Positions 28,046-41,380 of a DNA stretch of 64,000 nucleotides are shown here, in pieces. Origin of the DNA: Camelus ferus (lineage: Eukaryota); assembly GCF_009834535.1 (NCBI RefSeq), contig NC_045697.1:58654001-58718000 (forward strand), written 5' to 3'. Made by a program: the position numbers and the translations under genes. How positions within the stretch are numbered: position 1 is the first letter of the stretch; each line of letters begins with the position of its first letter. The notes under the pieces are model-generated. The model made no database searches, was not told the origin of the DNA, and saw only the letters and a list, made by a program, of their open reading frames with translations.

Positions 28046-28789
28046 TTTAGTGGTTACTATGGATGCTAGCCAAACCACCTCTACACTGATCACATTATAT
28101 CTCTATGCTGTGCCCAGCTTTGGGACTAGAAAGAGAAAAAGAGATAGGGAGTTTTGAGAACAATATCATGATGATACATGATTGAACCCTAAGGATGCTC
28201 AGAGTGGAGAAGAAAGGCAGAAAAAGGGCAATTATTACATTTGTGATGGGCCATTATATTTAAGGAAAAGTTGACTCACTGCATCCTGTTTCAAAGTAAA
28301 GTGGAAAACTTTTTTTTTTAACTGGGTAAAATGTACAGAGAAAGATACTGATGCCATGTTAGGAAGAACTTATTACACTGGAACAATGGAATCAGTTCTC
28401 AACAGTGGAATCCATTCCCCAAAATGGAACCCATACCACACAAAGCATAGAAAGGATGGCCATCTACTCATACGTTACAACAGACTTCTGTATAGGGAGA
28501 GAAGATACATATAGTAACATCTAATCATTTTTGACTGCAATATTTGATAACTTGGTTACATATACACATATGTATATATAGATATAAATTTTATCATATT
28601 CTCATTTATAGAAATAGAGCCTGTCAAATTGTAGCCATATAACAGGTTATGTAGTATGCATTTTTAGCCCCATTACTTTCTTCACTGTATTTCTTTATTG
28701 TTTTTCTTATCTTTTTCAGTTTTAATTTATGTACTCTTACTCTATTTTATGTATCAATGTAAGACATCTTAAAATTTTTCTAGATTTTT

Positions 28790-28940
28790 GGGAAACTATT
28801 CTGTACCTTGATTGTGGTGGTGAATTTATGACTGTATTTGTCAAAATTTGCAGAAACTTGTACTAAAATAGGTGAATTTTACATTTTATGTATATAATTT
28901 TACTATTTTATATATATATTTAATTTGTTCTTTAAAAAAT
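28790..28940 (+). mobile_element. Old LINE-1 3' terminal fragment
   Basis: ttctgtaccttgattgtggtggtgaatttatgactgtatttgtcaaaatt...aaaataggtgaattttac is an L1MC/ME-type 3' end. Confidence 0.7.
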
Positions 28941-31689
28941 TGAAGAAAATTTTTTTTGAAATAAGGTAGAATCTTAATATAGCATAAAGAAAATAACATA
29001 TAAAGACTCTCACAAGCTTTCAATTAATAGTAAACTGCAAGAAAAACAGAATTATTTTGAATGGGTTTGTTTCGGATACTAAATTCCACTGGCTTACTTT
29101 CTCCCTTCCCAGGCATAAGCTAATATTAAAATTCCCAAAACACTCTTTATGGTGTTACTTCATAATATTGAAGGAACATACAAGAGGATTTTCAAAGAAC
29201 ACAGTGCTAGATATGAACTGGCAAAATATTATTTAATCCAAATTCTCTGTCATATGTGCCCATTCTTTGTAAAACACATAATGTTTACTAAATGCTGGAA
29301 TGTTTGAAAAATAATATAAGAATAATTAGAAATTTTTTCAGGATTCTAGGATGTCCAATCCTGGATAGCATACGCACTTAGTGAAAAACAATAATTTGTC
29401 CTATGTGATACATCAATCAAAGAGAAATGATACCTTCCACTGTAAGGTTAATGAGTTATTCACAAATTTTGTTACTTATAGCATATAACAGCAACTCCCT
29501 TGCCTCTAACAACCTCCCAGGGCATATCTAGTACAGGAAATTAAGCAATGTTAATACATTTATTTTTAATTAATTAATTTCTATTCCAGATTTCTCTTTG
29601 TTTTGTATACTGGTGAATGCCATAATAATTAACATTACTTTGTGTAACAAATTTTCTTTCTTTTTTTTAATACTAAAACTCTAAAGTATAGAGTTTATAG
29701 AGAATAAGACTTCACAAAGATCTAATTTTTGTTACTGATACTGTAAAATAAGATTTATTTAATATAAAACATTTGCCTTTATCAATAAATTAATAGGTCT
29801 ATTTTGGAATTGTGGCTTATTAAAATCATAATATAAGAATTATTCAGAGTACAACATGATGAATTCCATTCTATTTTTTTTTTCAGAAAACTAAGGAGTT
29901 ATATTCCAATAAACATGTAAAAACATAATGGGCAAATAAAATATTTTTTGGACCAAAAACTCATTTAGGGTTAAAAAATCCTATTAGTTCATAAGCTCAT
30001 ATGTGAGGAAGAACTGCAATTTTTTTTAATTCAATGCTTGTACTATCTAATATCCTTTCCAGATAGGTTACTTGTTAGAAAGTAAAAATAAACAACAACT
30101 CTGGGGAGTGTAATACTTTGTTGGCTAATGGCAATAGCAACTAAGGTAATGGTGCCTTATCAAATAATATCTTATATCTCCTTTTTCCCATGGTTTCTCA
30201 TGTCTTTTGTCTTTTTGAGTATTATTTCATCACTTTATGCATGTTCTTCCTATTTTTTTCCATTTGCTTTTATTCACTTAAGGTCTGTGTCTGCACTGGA
30301 CAGTACTCATTTTGGGCAAGAGACATATTTTTATATATGTTAAGTCCACACACAGTGCCCACCAAGTAACCTTACATAGAACAGAATGAACAAGTGGATG
30401 TTTAAACTGGAGGAAGATGAGTAAGAGAACTATTTTACTGAATGCTAAAAACTGACTACTTGCCAATTACATCCCAAACCTTCCACATTTCTAATAAGGA
30501 GAAAATGTCCCTTCTAAAAACAGCCAAAACAACATTAAATGGCTCTACAGTAGCATGAATTTAGATAGATCAGTAGAGACACAAAACTAACATTATGAAA
30601 ATGAAGTTGTAAATAATACAGCTAGTATATATACAACTGTACCGGGTATACAGCCTTCAGGTTTATAAGGGAAAACCTCTGCTACCCAATTACATAACAC
30701 TACACAGCTAACACCAGTGAACTACAGTAGTTATGCTAACACTCTTATTTTTTTGAATTATTTTTGGATGGCCTAAAAATATTGTTGGCTTAACACACCA
30801 AGGGAAAAAAGCAATTTCTTTAAAATTCTTTAAAATACTGTTTCAAAAGCTCCACTGTCTCTTTATAACCACAGTTTTACTTTGAAAATATTACATTAAA
30901 TTAATGTTAGTAACAGAGGTTTCACTAAAACCGTTAAAAATAACCAAGCACTGTGCAGAGGAAGAAGTCACTGCAGTATGACCAGTTACTGCAAGAATGC
31001 TCGGGTAATGTTAGTAATAGCACTGCATTGATGAGATTTTATTTGGTTAAAGAAGAAGAGAGACTAAGAAAATTATTTGAGTTTATTCAGATAATCTCTG
31101 GCAGAAGAGATGCTGAAATAGGGACCCTATGACCTCTGCTTACCACTGAAAGTTAGCTATGTTCTCAGTCAATAGGCAGTCAAGCCTAACATGGCATGTA
31201 CTCAGTTAGGCTTCCAAACCATTATTAGAAAACATTTTGTTTCCATTTTAGGAGTTGACAATATTTCTGAAATTTGTTTAGACATTAAAACCACTGCCAC
31301 CTGATTCACAGGAGAGGGGTCCAGTTGTAGAGTTGTTGCATAATTTTGCAAATCCTGAATCATTTTGAAAATTACCAAAATTCAGAAAGGAGAGCACTGC
31401 AGAATTAAAACTGGCTAAATTTAAAAATTGTAAATTATATTTTGTTAAAAAATATGATTTGTCTTCACCCTATGGTTTCTAACCACTTGATCATGCTTCT
31501 TGTAGGAAGAATGAAGTATGAATACTTTTTCATCCACAGACTTCTCTTCAGATTTTTGAAGACACTTCTTGATTTTCTTTCTAAACACTTCTATTTATTT
31601 ATCAAAAATCTCTCTCTCCTTCCATCCCTCTCTTCCTTTCTAGCCATTTATGTAATTTTAGAACATATATGTCACTTTACATATTTCAT

Positions 31690-32370
31690 TCATTGTTTTA
31701 AGTACTTTACAAATATTAACTCACTAACTATTCTTAGCAAACCTGAGATGTAGGTACTGTGAACGAAAAATACTGCAAGCCTTATCAGTAAACAAAGAAC
31801 GTTAAAGCCAATAAGTCATCAGCGGCTGCCGCCACCCCCCAGTGAAGACAAGCCTGCAGCCCAGCCTCTGCAGCCATTCACAATGGTGCACCCTGAGGGG
31901 ACTCAGAATAAGAAAGGACAGGATACAGGCCCTAGATAGCGAGGTGCTTGTCAAAGGAATGGATTCAGTGAGCCCAAATGTTTGCTTCCTCCCATAAATA
32001 GAAAAGCGCTGAATTCTTTAACTTGAGATGCCTGGTTTTCTTTAGTTAACAAGTAATCTTTTAATGTTCCAATGACCAGGTCTTTGTTGTAAAACTCCTA
32101 TATATCCTAGCTCCTCCCCTACCTCTTCGGAGGAGTCCCTCAGAGCAATCTGAGAGGCTGTCATCCCGAGCTGAGTCCTCAGAATTGTCCACCGAATAAC
32201 ACATAACTCTCAACTTTTAGGCTGTGCATTTATTTCAGTCAACAGTACTATTACAATTTCCATTTTACAGATAAGGATACTGAGGTGAGGAGAGACCAAG
32301 TAACTTGCCCAAGTTACACAAGTATTAAGTGGAGGAGCCATTTTCGAACTCATCCAATCAGATTTCATCG
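31690..32370 (-). mobile_element. MIR SINE split by the LTR above
   Basis: aagtactttacaaatattaactca...gatgtaggtac | gtactattacaatttccattttacagataaggatactgagg...aagtaacttgcccaag. The two halves rejoin into a MIR. Confidence 0.8.
31758..32244 (+). mobile_element. ERV1-class solo LTR (487 bp) inserted in a MIR
   Basis: TG...CA termini (tgtgaacgaaaaatac...ttcagtcaaca) with a perfect 4-bp TSD gtac at 31754-31757 and 32245-32248. TATA-like ctatatatcc at about 32098 and AATAAC, a variant polyA signal, at about 32196. Confidence 0.88.
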
Positions 32371-32879
32371 CCTTTAGCTAAATATCCTCATCCTTCAACC
32401 CTCCATCAAATGGACCATAGTTCCCGGAATAAACAACCTAGATATTCTCCACTGAACAAACTCTACCATCACATAGTGACACTGCTCCTAAAAGCTAGTG
32501 CCTAGAAGTTCTGAACCAAATTCTTAGGAAATGGTCTGACCATGCATAATGGGAGTAGCATGAAAATTTCTTCTTTATTCTAGGTGTTCACGGTTGCTGT
32601 TGTTGTTATTGTTATCATCAACACAACTGATGGCTGCATTCATTTTTTTCCACCTCATATTCCAAACTGTTGATACAAATTTAATCTGTGGTCCCACAAA
32701 TCCTGTAAGCTTGAGATGGACAGTTTGGATCCCCAGTATACTATGCTGTGACTGGCAATGAGTGAGTCAACTAATTTTTACCTGCTGGATGAAAATGAAC
32801 TAAAAGTTTGTTTATTTGTTTTTCACACGAACAACTGTCTAGGAGTCTTCTCATTTGGTAATTATATAATACACGAATT

Positions 32880-33350
32880 AACCAACCAACCTAAACAGAG
32901 GACTTTACATTTATCTGTGTCAGATTTCATCTTTTTCATTTTAGATCACTGATACAGGCTGTCCAGACACATCTGATTCCTGATTTTATCATCTGGTCCA
33001 TTATATTCCCTCCCAATAATCTGTCATCCAGCAATGCAAATTGTCACATCTTCTATACCTTCATCAAAATTACTGATTAAAAATATTGAGCAGGAGAGGG
33101 ACAATGACAAAGACTGTCAACATGCCCAGAACACCACCTTCTAGGCTTACTCTGAAAAATCAACATACTGCTTTACTCTCAGTAAATCAGGCCATTTATG
33201 AAGACATTACATCATATTAAATCAAGTCATGTGAAATTGGTATTTTTGTAAATCAAAACTGTCAAACATTGGTAATTCTATATAATTTAACCTAATCTAA
33301 TCCAATCCACATTTCATCATCTTCTTTTAAGAGTGTCATATGAAATCATC
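32880..33350 (-). mobile_element. L3/CR1 LINE reverse-transcriptase remnant
   Basis: ttcatcaaaattactgattaaaaatattgagcaggagagggac is a decayed antisense copy of the CR1 RT motif (..GPVLFNIFINDL..). gcaaattgtcacatc lies where the ADD-type motif is expected. Confidence 0.6.
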
Positions 33351-36300
33351 CTAAATACCTCATTTACATAAAACTAACTCCAGGCTGAATATGACTTTTG
33401 TAAGATTAATTGTTTTATTTACTGAGATGTTTTATTATTAATTTGTTAAGTTTTGTTAAAAATTAAACAATTTGGTTACTTGGCATGAATCAACTTTGTT
33501 CAAGTGTGTTGCCTCCCTAACTAAATTATAAGTTTCTTATCTATGGAGCCAAGGCTCTTTATCTCCCACAGCATTCGGTAAAGTATTTTGCACGTAATAA
33601 ATTTTCACTGAATATTGAATAAATAAAATCCAATACGTTGAGTGTGGTCATCACTCATCCAACAGAATATCTTCATTGAGAGGCTTTATGTACAATTTCC
33701 TGGAACTATCTCTTTTCAAAATATCTCCTATCACCAATCCAACTTCTCTTGGCTTTAATAACTTTTGGCACTTCCCATTCATATGAGACTCATATATCTG
33801 ACATTTATAAAAAAGAAAAAAAATCCCTTTTCCTCATTAAAAGTAACCTCTTCAGGTCTATGGAAATTGAATATATACTTAACCAGTCGACTTGGCCCAG
33901 ATATGGAGACAGTGCTGATGGTGGCATGACAAAAGAATAAAGTAAAGGAACGTCAACAGCCACAATCATAATGAATTCCTGAAATGAGTCATAGTGTCCA
34001 CTAAGTTGGTAATGTCAAGAAATGTAAGTTTAACCTCTGTTTAACCCTGAGGCAAAATTTATACTATATTAAAATACTCCAATATCAGTGTTTTTATATC
34101 ACTTTATCAAATACTACATGACATTCCAATGCACTCACTAAGAAGTGAATTTCTTACATCAGGTCTAGTAAATGGATCCTGATAATACTTTTCTTATCAA
34201 AAATTAAGAGTTTTTAAGTGGGCTTATGATGTAACAAAGTCATTTATAATTAGAGAAAAATATCAGCAGTGACTGCAGGATTCTTTCCAATTATGGATTT
34301 CCTAGTGCTTGAATTAAGACTTGTTTGGCTCTAAAACAAAGTAGACTAACACACTCAGACTATGTCTATCAATATTTCTGGACTAGAAAGCTCATATAAT
34401 TCCAGGATTCTTGGTAAGCTGTCTGACTCTTTTACTGGCAGAGTCTTCTTCTAGGAGAGTGAATTTATTATTACAAGATGATTGCTTATTTTCTGTTAAA
34501 GTAATCTTCCGTCTTCTACCCATGTTGTAGTTTTCTTTTAAGGAAAAAAACCAAAACAAAACAAAACAGGGAAATTATGGTATGTGAATGAGTATGTGTT
34601 CATCTGCACTATTCTTTTTAAACTGAAAGCTAAAAGATTCTAATGTGATTTTTTTGGTAATCTGACCATTTTCCTCATTTGTCTGAGGCTTATTATGTTT
34701 ATCTGTGGATGACTACTGTAATATTTTCAGTACTACTTATTAAAAGTCATCTCTTGAAGTCTTGCTCAATATTTGTAATTAACTTCTTCATTACCATAAG
34801 CATGCTGCTAAGCTACACTACTGTCATAAAATTTTTAAATGAATAAACAAAATCATGTAATATAAACAATGACACAGCTGCTCATTGTTTATACAGCTCA
34901 GCAAATAATGGCCAAGTGCTACACACTGAATTAGTGAATATTATTCCTCCTCGTTAATGGAAGAAAGGAAACTAGTATAAGCAAAGCATGTCAAAATAGC
35001 AGGGAGCTCACATATTTAGGATGCAGCCAGCATCGCATCTCTATCTATAGTGCCCATCGATACTCTGCCAAATGATAACTATGTCCTACTCATTCCATTT
35101 CAAGCAGTATAATCAGTCCACTTTAACACTAAAATGAATTGCTTTGGAATTTAAAAGGCTCAATTCCATCACTTATTCATTCTAATTAATTTAAGATCTT
35201 GAGTACAGAGCTAGACACAAAATAAAGAATTCAATAAGTATTTGTTAACAGAACAAATTATGTAAATTTTTTAGCCTTATTATATAAAATAATTAAGGAA
35301 AACTAAAAGGCCTCTGAATTATCTCAAAGAGAATATACCTAGAATCTAAAATAGGTAATTATGATGGCTATTAGTGAAACAAGACTTTCAGATTTCCCAT
35401 CTTTTAGATTTTTCCATTTTCCTACAGTTTAGAAATGCAAAAAACTCCCAAGGCTTGAGTGAGGCTTCATATTATTTTATTGCTTTTACTATTTCATATT
35501 TTAAACAGAAATAATAGGAGAATTGCCTTACATCCTAATTGGAACAAAGGACAGTGTAAATAAATAAATAAAACTTCATGCAGCAAAATGAATAACTGCA
35601 TTTTTTGCTCAAAATTGGGGGAAGAGATGGTGTAGTATAAAACTAAAAGAATTAGAGGAAACAGAACAAAAGATCTTTAGAACAAACAAGTACTACTTAC
35701 CCTAATCACTAAGCCAAATATTTCTAGGGATAACTCTAATGACATATTTTTTAAAAAGGTGAAGGGAGAACTTAACATAAAGAAAAGTTTCTCTTAAAAA
35801 TAGTTATTTCATTAAGTGAGTCAGCACTTTCATGCAAAATTTTAATTTAGAAATCAAAATGATATAAATTTTTTGAGTTCCCTTTAAGTATATCTGCATA
35901 TTTAATTCAGCAGATTCTCATTTGAAAAACGTGCTTTTAAATTTTACATTCTTATTAGGTCAAAGCCACCAGATGTTTGTCTTAAAAGAGGATAGTGAGA
36001 GCAGCAGGGGGCCGGACCAAACAAAGGTTACACATCAGCCTGATTGAGGATGGGCATGTTTTCTGCATCCACTCAGATCTCAGCTGGCAGAGCTGAGTGC
36101 CATTCACGCTGGCCTTGAGTAGCCAGAACAAATGAACACACTCAGAAAGAATGATTGGACTCAGGCAGCAAAACAGCATTTCAAAACAGCTTGTCATCTG
36201 TCCTTGTTTAGGAAAGTCAGCAGGAATGGACAGAAGAAAGAACTAACACATATTGCAGACTATATGCTAGTATACTTGGAAAATTATGCACATATATTAA

Positions 36301-37219
36301 AAATTCAGAATTCTTCCTACCCCCACTTTTGAATATGAAACATATCTTAGCCTTAAATTATAAGCAGGGAAGTATGAGGTGGTTCATGGTGAGCATGGGA
36401 TTCTGCTGGTGACTACATTCCTTCAATTACAGTGAAAGTTCTAATTTGTTTTCCTGCCCATTTTCCACCTTTTTTGTTTGTTTCTCAACACATGAAGAGA
36501 CCATGAGCCGTTGTGAGACACTGCATGATTGTCTAGCGTCTCCTTGCTCTTCTCACTGTGTTAATTTATTCCAGCTATTCAAGGAGATGAATGACACCTT
36601 GCATGCCAGGACCACCCTGAGAGGGGATATGTCCATCCTGTATCAGGCTCCTGTTCTTTTCTGTCAACCACACAGATAGTAATTCTATGAGGACACAAAA
36701 CAGGGTCATTTAATGAAACAAAGTGATGCATTCACTGCCAGAACAGCCTTAGCCCAGAGAGGAGGGAGATAGTTGTATGGCTCCACAGATTCTTAAAGCA
36801 TTAAGACAATATTCATGCTAAGATATAATCTTATTTAAATGTCTGAAAATCTACAGTGATTTTTTCCAAACCAAGAATCACCTGTTTTTTAAAATATTCT
36901 GAATGTATTAACTTTCTATTATTTAATAAATATTTTTAATATTTAATATATTTTAAATATAAGGGCCTCAACTTCATATACTGAATCAACATCTTAGGGC
37001 TGTGATTTGAAAGAGACAGAAAACCTTCATTTTAACATGCTCCCCTCAGTGATTTATAAAACCTCTGTGTAGTAGACATTAGCTAAGGGATTGGGAAACA
37101 AAGGCAATCAATAAATATCACAGAAATGCAGAGTGCAAAAAAGTAGCTTAATGCTGCTATTACATTCTGTAGTGTATACTAACTAGCCTCGTATACATAA
37201 CCTAGGGGTTATGGCCTTC

Positions 37220-37350
37220 ATAATAATTCCCAAATTTAGCAGCCTATTAAAAATAGATTACTGAGATTCACCCCCAGTTTCTGATTTAATCTGAGGTGGG
37301 ACATGAGAATTTGCATTTGTAACAAGTTCCTGTTGGACTACACTTTGAGG
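37220..37350. mobile_element. MER5-like hAT-Charlie DNA transposon fragment
   Basis: cccagtttctgatttaatctgaggtgggacatgagaatttgcatttgtaacaagttcc...ggactacactttgag resembles MER5A. Confidence 0.65.
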
Positions 37351-40300
37351 TCCATTATCTTATGTAGCTTAGGAATCACTTGCCTGTAACCTATTTGCAC
37401 ATACTTAAGGTTTGCCATACAAAGAAATATAAAAAGAAGCTTTTAATTCACCAAAGTACTTAAACCCACTGATCGCTAGAACAAAATTATTTGCCTCCTA
37501 AAGTAATTACATAAAATTGCAGCAAAATACTCAAATACTTTCTCTATGAATGGTTTTTAATACCATTACACCAGGATAACGACCATTAGAACTTCTCTCT
37601 CATCAAAAGTATTCATTAGATATCTTATTTTAATGGCTAATATTCAATGTTTAAATAACCATACCTACTCCTTTCTAGGAAATATAAGCATGACCATAAA
37701 AATGCAGAGTTGAATAAAAAAATATTGAATATTTCAGATGGGCAAATTTACCTCTTTTACTGTCAAAGCTAAAAGTGAAGTATTTAAATTTCCTCTCTGA
37801 TTAGAATGGATAACTCTCCCTTCATTCAAATTAAATGCCAGCATATTTAAAGTCATCGTTTTCTTTTTATGTTTTTCCCTTTTCAATTTTTATCCTTACA
37901 AAAAACTGGTGAAAACTGATGTTTGAAGTGTTTAAAACTCAAAATCAACAGAAAGCAACACTAAAGCAAACAATACAATAGCTTTGTAATCAAAGGATAG
38001 AAGCAAATTTTCTACGAATATGCAATACCTTTAAAGAACAGCAAATTTTCTTCCTTAGCAAAGTTAAAATAGCTAGAAACAGTAAGGCTCTTCTTACAGT
38101 TTCATTCTCTCAATAAGACTTTGGCACATTCTTATTTCTGTGTCCTGATCACAAGGAGGTGGTAATTAGGGAGTTGGATAACTGTGCTGAACACAATTAG
38201 AAGGCCTTTATACATTTCATCACAGGATTCTAAACAGGTGATCAGTACTCTAGTCATGTTGGAATAGTAGCATAATTTTCAGAACTTTATTTCACCATTT
38301 CAAAGACTGAACATATTCACTAAAGAAATCTGGGAAAACCCAGAAAAGCTCAAATCTGAACCATTAAGAAATTAACTACCACTAAAACTTGGATCCTATG
38401 CTTGTTAAAATATGTACTAGGTATAATAAATAGGCCTATTCTACGTAAGTCATTTTTTGAAAGGTTTTTATAAAAATTTTCAAACATAAACAAGAGTAGA
38501 GAAAATGTATAACGACTTAAATTCTAAATTATTTAAACCTGCTTTTTTTAAAAAAAAAGCAACATGTAATGAATATTTCTCATATTATTAAATATTCTTA
38601 TACCACAGAACTACTTTAATTGTACTGCAGAGGTACTTAATAAGTGATCTAATAATTGTAGTATGTACAAGTTTAATGGAAAGTAAAAATCAATATATTC
38701 AAGAAGAATACGTGTGTTGTTTGGGGGAAAAGTTCTCATGGAAAGAATTTATCTAGACAAATAACTACAGAATTCTCCTTTTTTAATACAGAGTTGTATC
38801 ACAGATATTACATTCGATTTACATGAATTCAAGTAGTTCTGTTATATAATTGAATATTGTAAAATTATACTTTGTAAAGGTTCTTTTTATTATGTACAAT
38901 ACACACTGTACAATAATACATAATGCTATCTCTGTACTCTATAGGGATACACTTTAAAAAACTCATTGTATTTTATAAACCTAAAGGAGTTTCAAAGTAA
39001 GTTGATTATATTTAATTTTTACTTTAAGAGATGACTTTACAGACTCTAACCCCAATATACAATTCAACTCACTAGACAATTATTTTTATATTCCTTATGT
39101 GGTATTCTGAAATTCAATGCTTTTATGGCACATATCTCTTCTGATTGATTTATTTTTTTCAGTTGTAACTCACGGAACTAAAACCTTCACTTCATTCATG
39201 TATAAGCCTTCTTGTTCACTGTTAGGTTTAGAAAATTTTAGCTTTTCCACACTTGCAAAAACTGGGCACTCGAACCTGTTGCATGGTATTGTAAATCCTT
39301 AATTCTGGAATATGATCAGCCAACTCAGAAGCCTGTTTATTCCCTGAAGTTCCTTGCCATGGTCCTGAAAGCTTAAAAATTATCGTTATACTAAAAGCTG
39401 CCATAGGAATCCAGAATATATGGCAGGTCAATCTATTTATCCTTGGGAACATTCAGTGAAAGTTCAGTGAGGTTCTCAAGAATTGTTTAATATGTACATA
39501 GCTGAACCACACGATTGTTACTATTACAGGTTATACTCGATGAAAATTTCAGACTAAAATTTTCCTTTAAGGACAAAAGAGGGCTTCTTCTAACCATGTA
39601 ATGATTTCATAGAAAGTTATAGGAGTTAAAGATTGTTAGTGCTTTGGGAAATTGTCATCCTGGCTTCTTTGAGTTGTTATAGTCAGCTTGAGGCCAAATG
39701 AAGTAATATTACTAGAAAGGACAAATTCCTGTATGAGATCTTTTCTCACTTACCATTTCATGGGCACCAGTACTTGACTTGGTGTATTTCTTTCTAAGGG
39801 CTGAGTGATCACATAATGTTTCCCTCTACCTTCAGCACTGACCAGGACTTTAAAACTCTGGTGCCAGTGCAAATAGCTGTCACATTCATATCTCCTATTT
39901 CAGCTGCTAATATTATTAGTCACCTGGGCAACAGCACACAGACCTTGCTTGCTCTGTCTTTCTTCCCTACCCCATCCCGTATCCTTCTACCTCCTGAGGG
40001 ACAGTTCAGTCCACTCCTCTTACACATTACTGTAAACATTGCTATAGTGAACACCCTTTTACAAGTCTCTATGAATTTAAGTTAAGAAAGTTTCTCCAGC
40101 AAGAAAACCTAGAAGTGGATTTACTAGTATAAAAGGTATGCCAATCGTCTAGACATAGGATCTACTAGATATTGCCAAGCTGCTCTCAAAAGTGGCTGAC
40201 AATAATTTGCATTCCAACCAGCAAGGTATTAAGTATTCCACACTTTGTCCTTAATTTTATCTTTAATCACTTGATACCTCAGTGGTAATTCTTTAAATCA

Positions 40301-41169
40301 ATCTTGGAAAATAACGTAACATTTTTAAATGCACGTTCTTTCATCACCTTCCCTTTGAAGAAAAAGAACTCATTCATTTTTTGTCCATTTATTTTTAGGA
40401 AAAAATATTATTTCTCTCATTTCTCACCTCACTAACTCCTTTCTTTTCTTTATTCATTTTACATTTTCACCATTTTGCTAATCTTGCTCATAGATAGTTA
40501 CCATAAAACTATCCAAAACATCTGGATTAAGAAAATGGAAATAATACAAGTTAAGTAGAATTAAATCTAATAAAAAAATCCTGTCTCCAAATCTCTAAAG
40601 TCTTTCAAATTGCTGAGGATTTCTGCAAAAGTTTCTAAGCCTTCAAGTCCTCCAATAATTGTATCTGTTTATTCAAGTATTTCTAAGAAAACACACACAC
40701 ACATACACACATACTCCACATAAAATCCATGCACCATTATATCACATTCTATTGTATGTCTGTGTGTATTATAATTTTTTCCATTATAAACAGTGTTTCA
40801 GCTTCATGAATAATCAAATAAACCTGGGCTTCTTTGAAGCTCACATCTACATTTATAAACTGGGTTTCTCTGGGCAGATGACTTAATATTTCAGAGTCTT
40901 AGTTTCCACATCTGTACGTCATAGTATTTTTTAAGGTTTAAGGCATGTATATGAAACCTAGTGCAATTTGAGAGGGATGGCAGGTGCTTTTTAATACCAG
41001 AAGCTGCTTGCTTGTCCTTACTCTAATGGAAGGTTGATGTGGTCTTGCTGCCTTGTATTTGCTACTTCGTTTTAACGGCTTTACTTACATTCTAGTACAT
41101 GCACATTGCCTTCCTGATTTCCCTGAGCTCCTTAGCTATGGCACCTGTATTCCTTTTAATTACTGATGG

Positions 41170-41380
41170 AGGCAATATGAGATAGCAGAAAGTCAGAGAC
41201 TAAGATTCTACCTGTAACTCTGGACTATGTATGTGACATTTGAGTTACTTTCCTTCTCTGATCCTAAATTTCTTTATCTGGAAATGAGGATAATGCATTC
41301 TTTGCATGATTTTTGTTATGATTAAATTTGATAATTGATGTAAAAGACCAGAAAAGAAAACATTCAATAAACAGTAGCTA
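41170..41380 (+). mobile_element. MIR SINE
   Basis: ctatgtatgtgacatttgagttactttccttctctgatcctaaatttctttatctggaaatgaggataat matches the MIR core. Confidence 0.7.
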
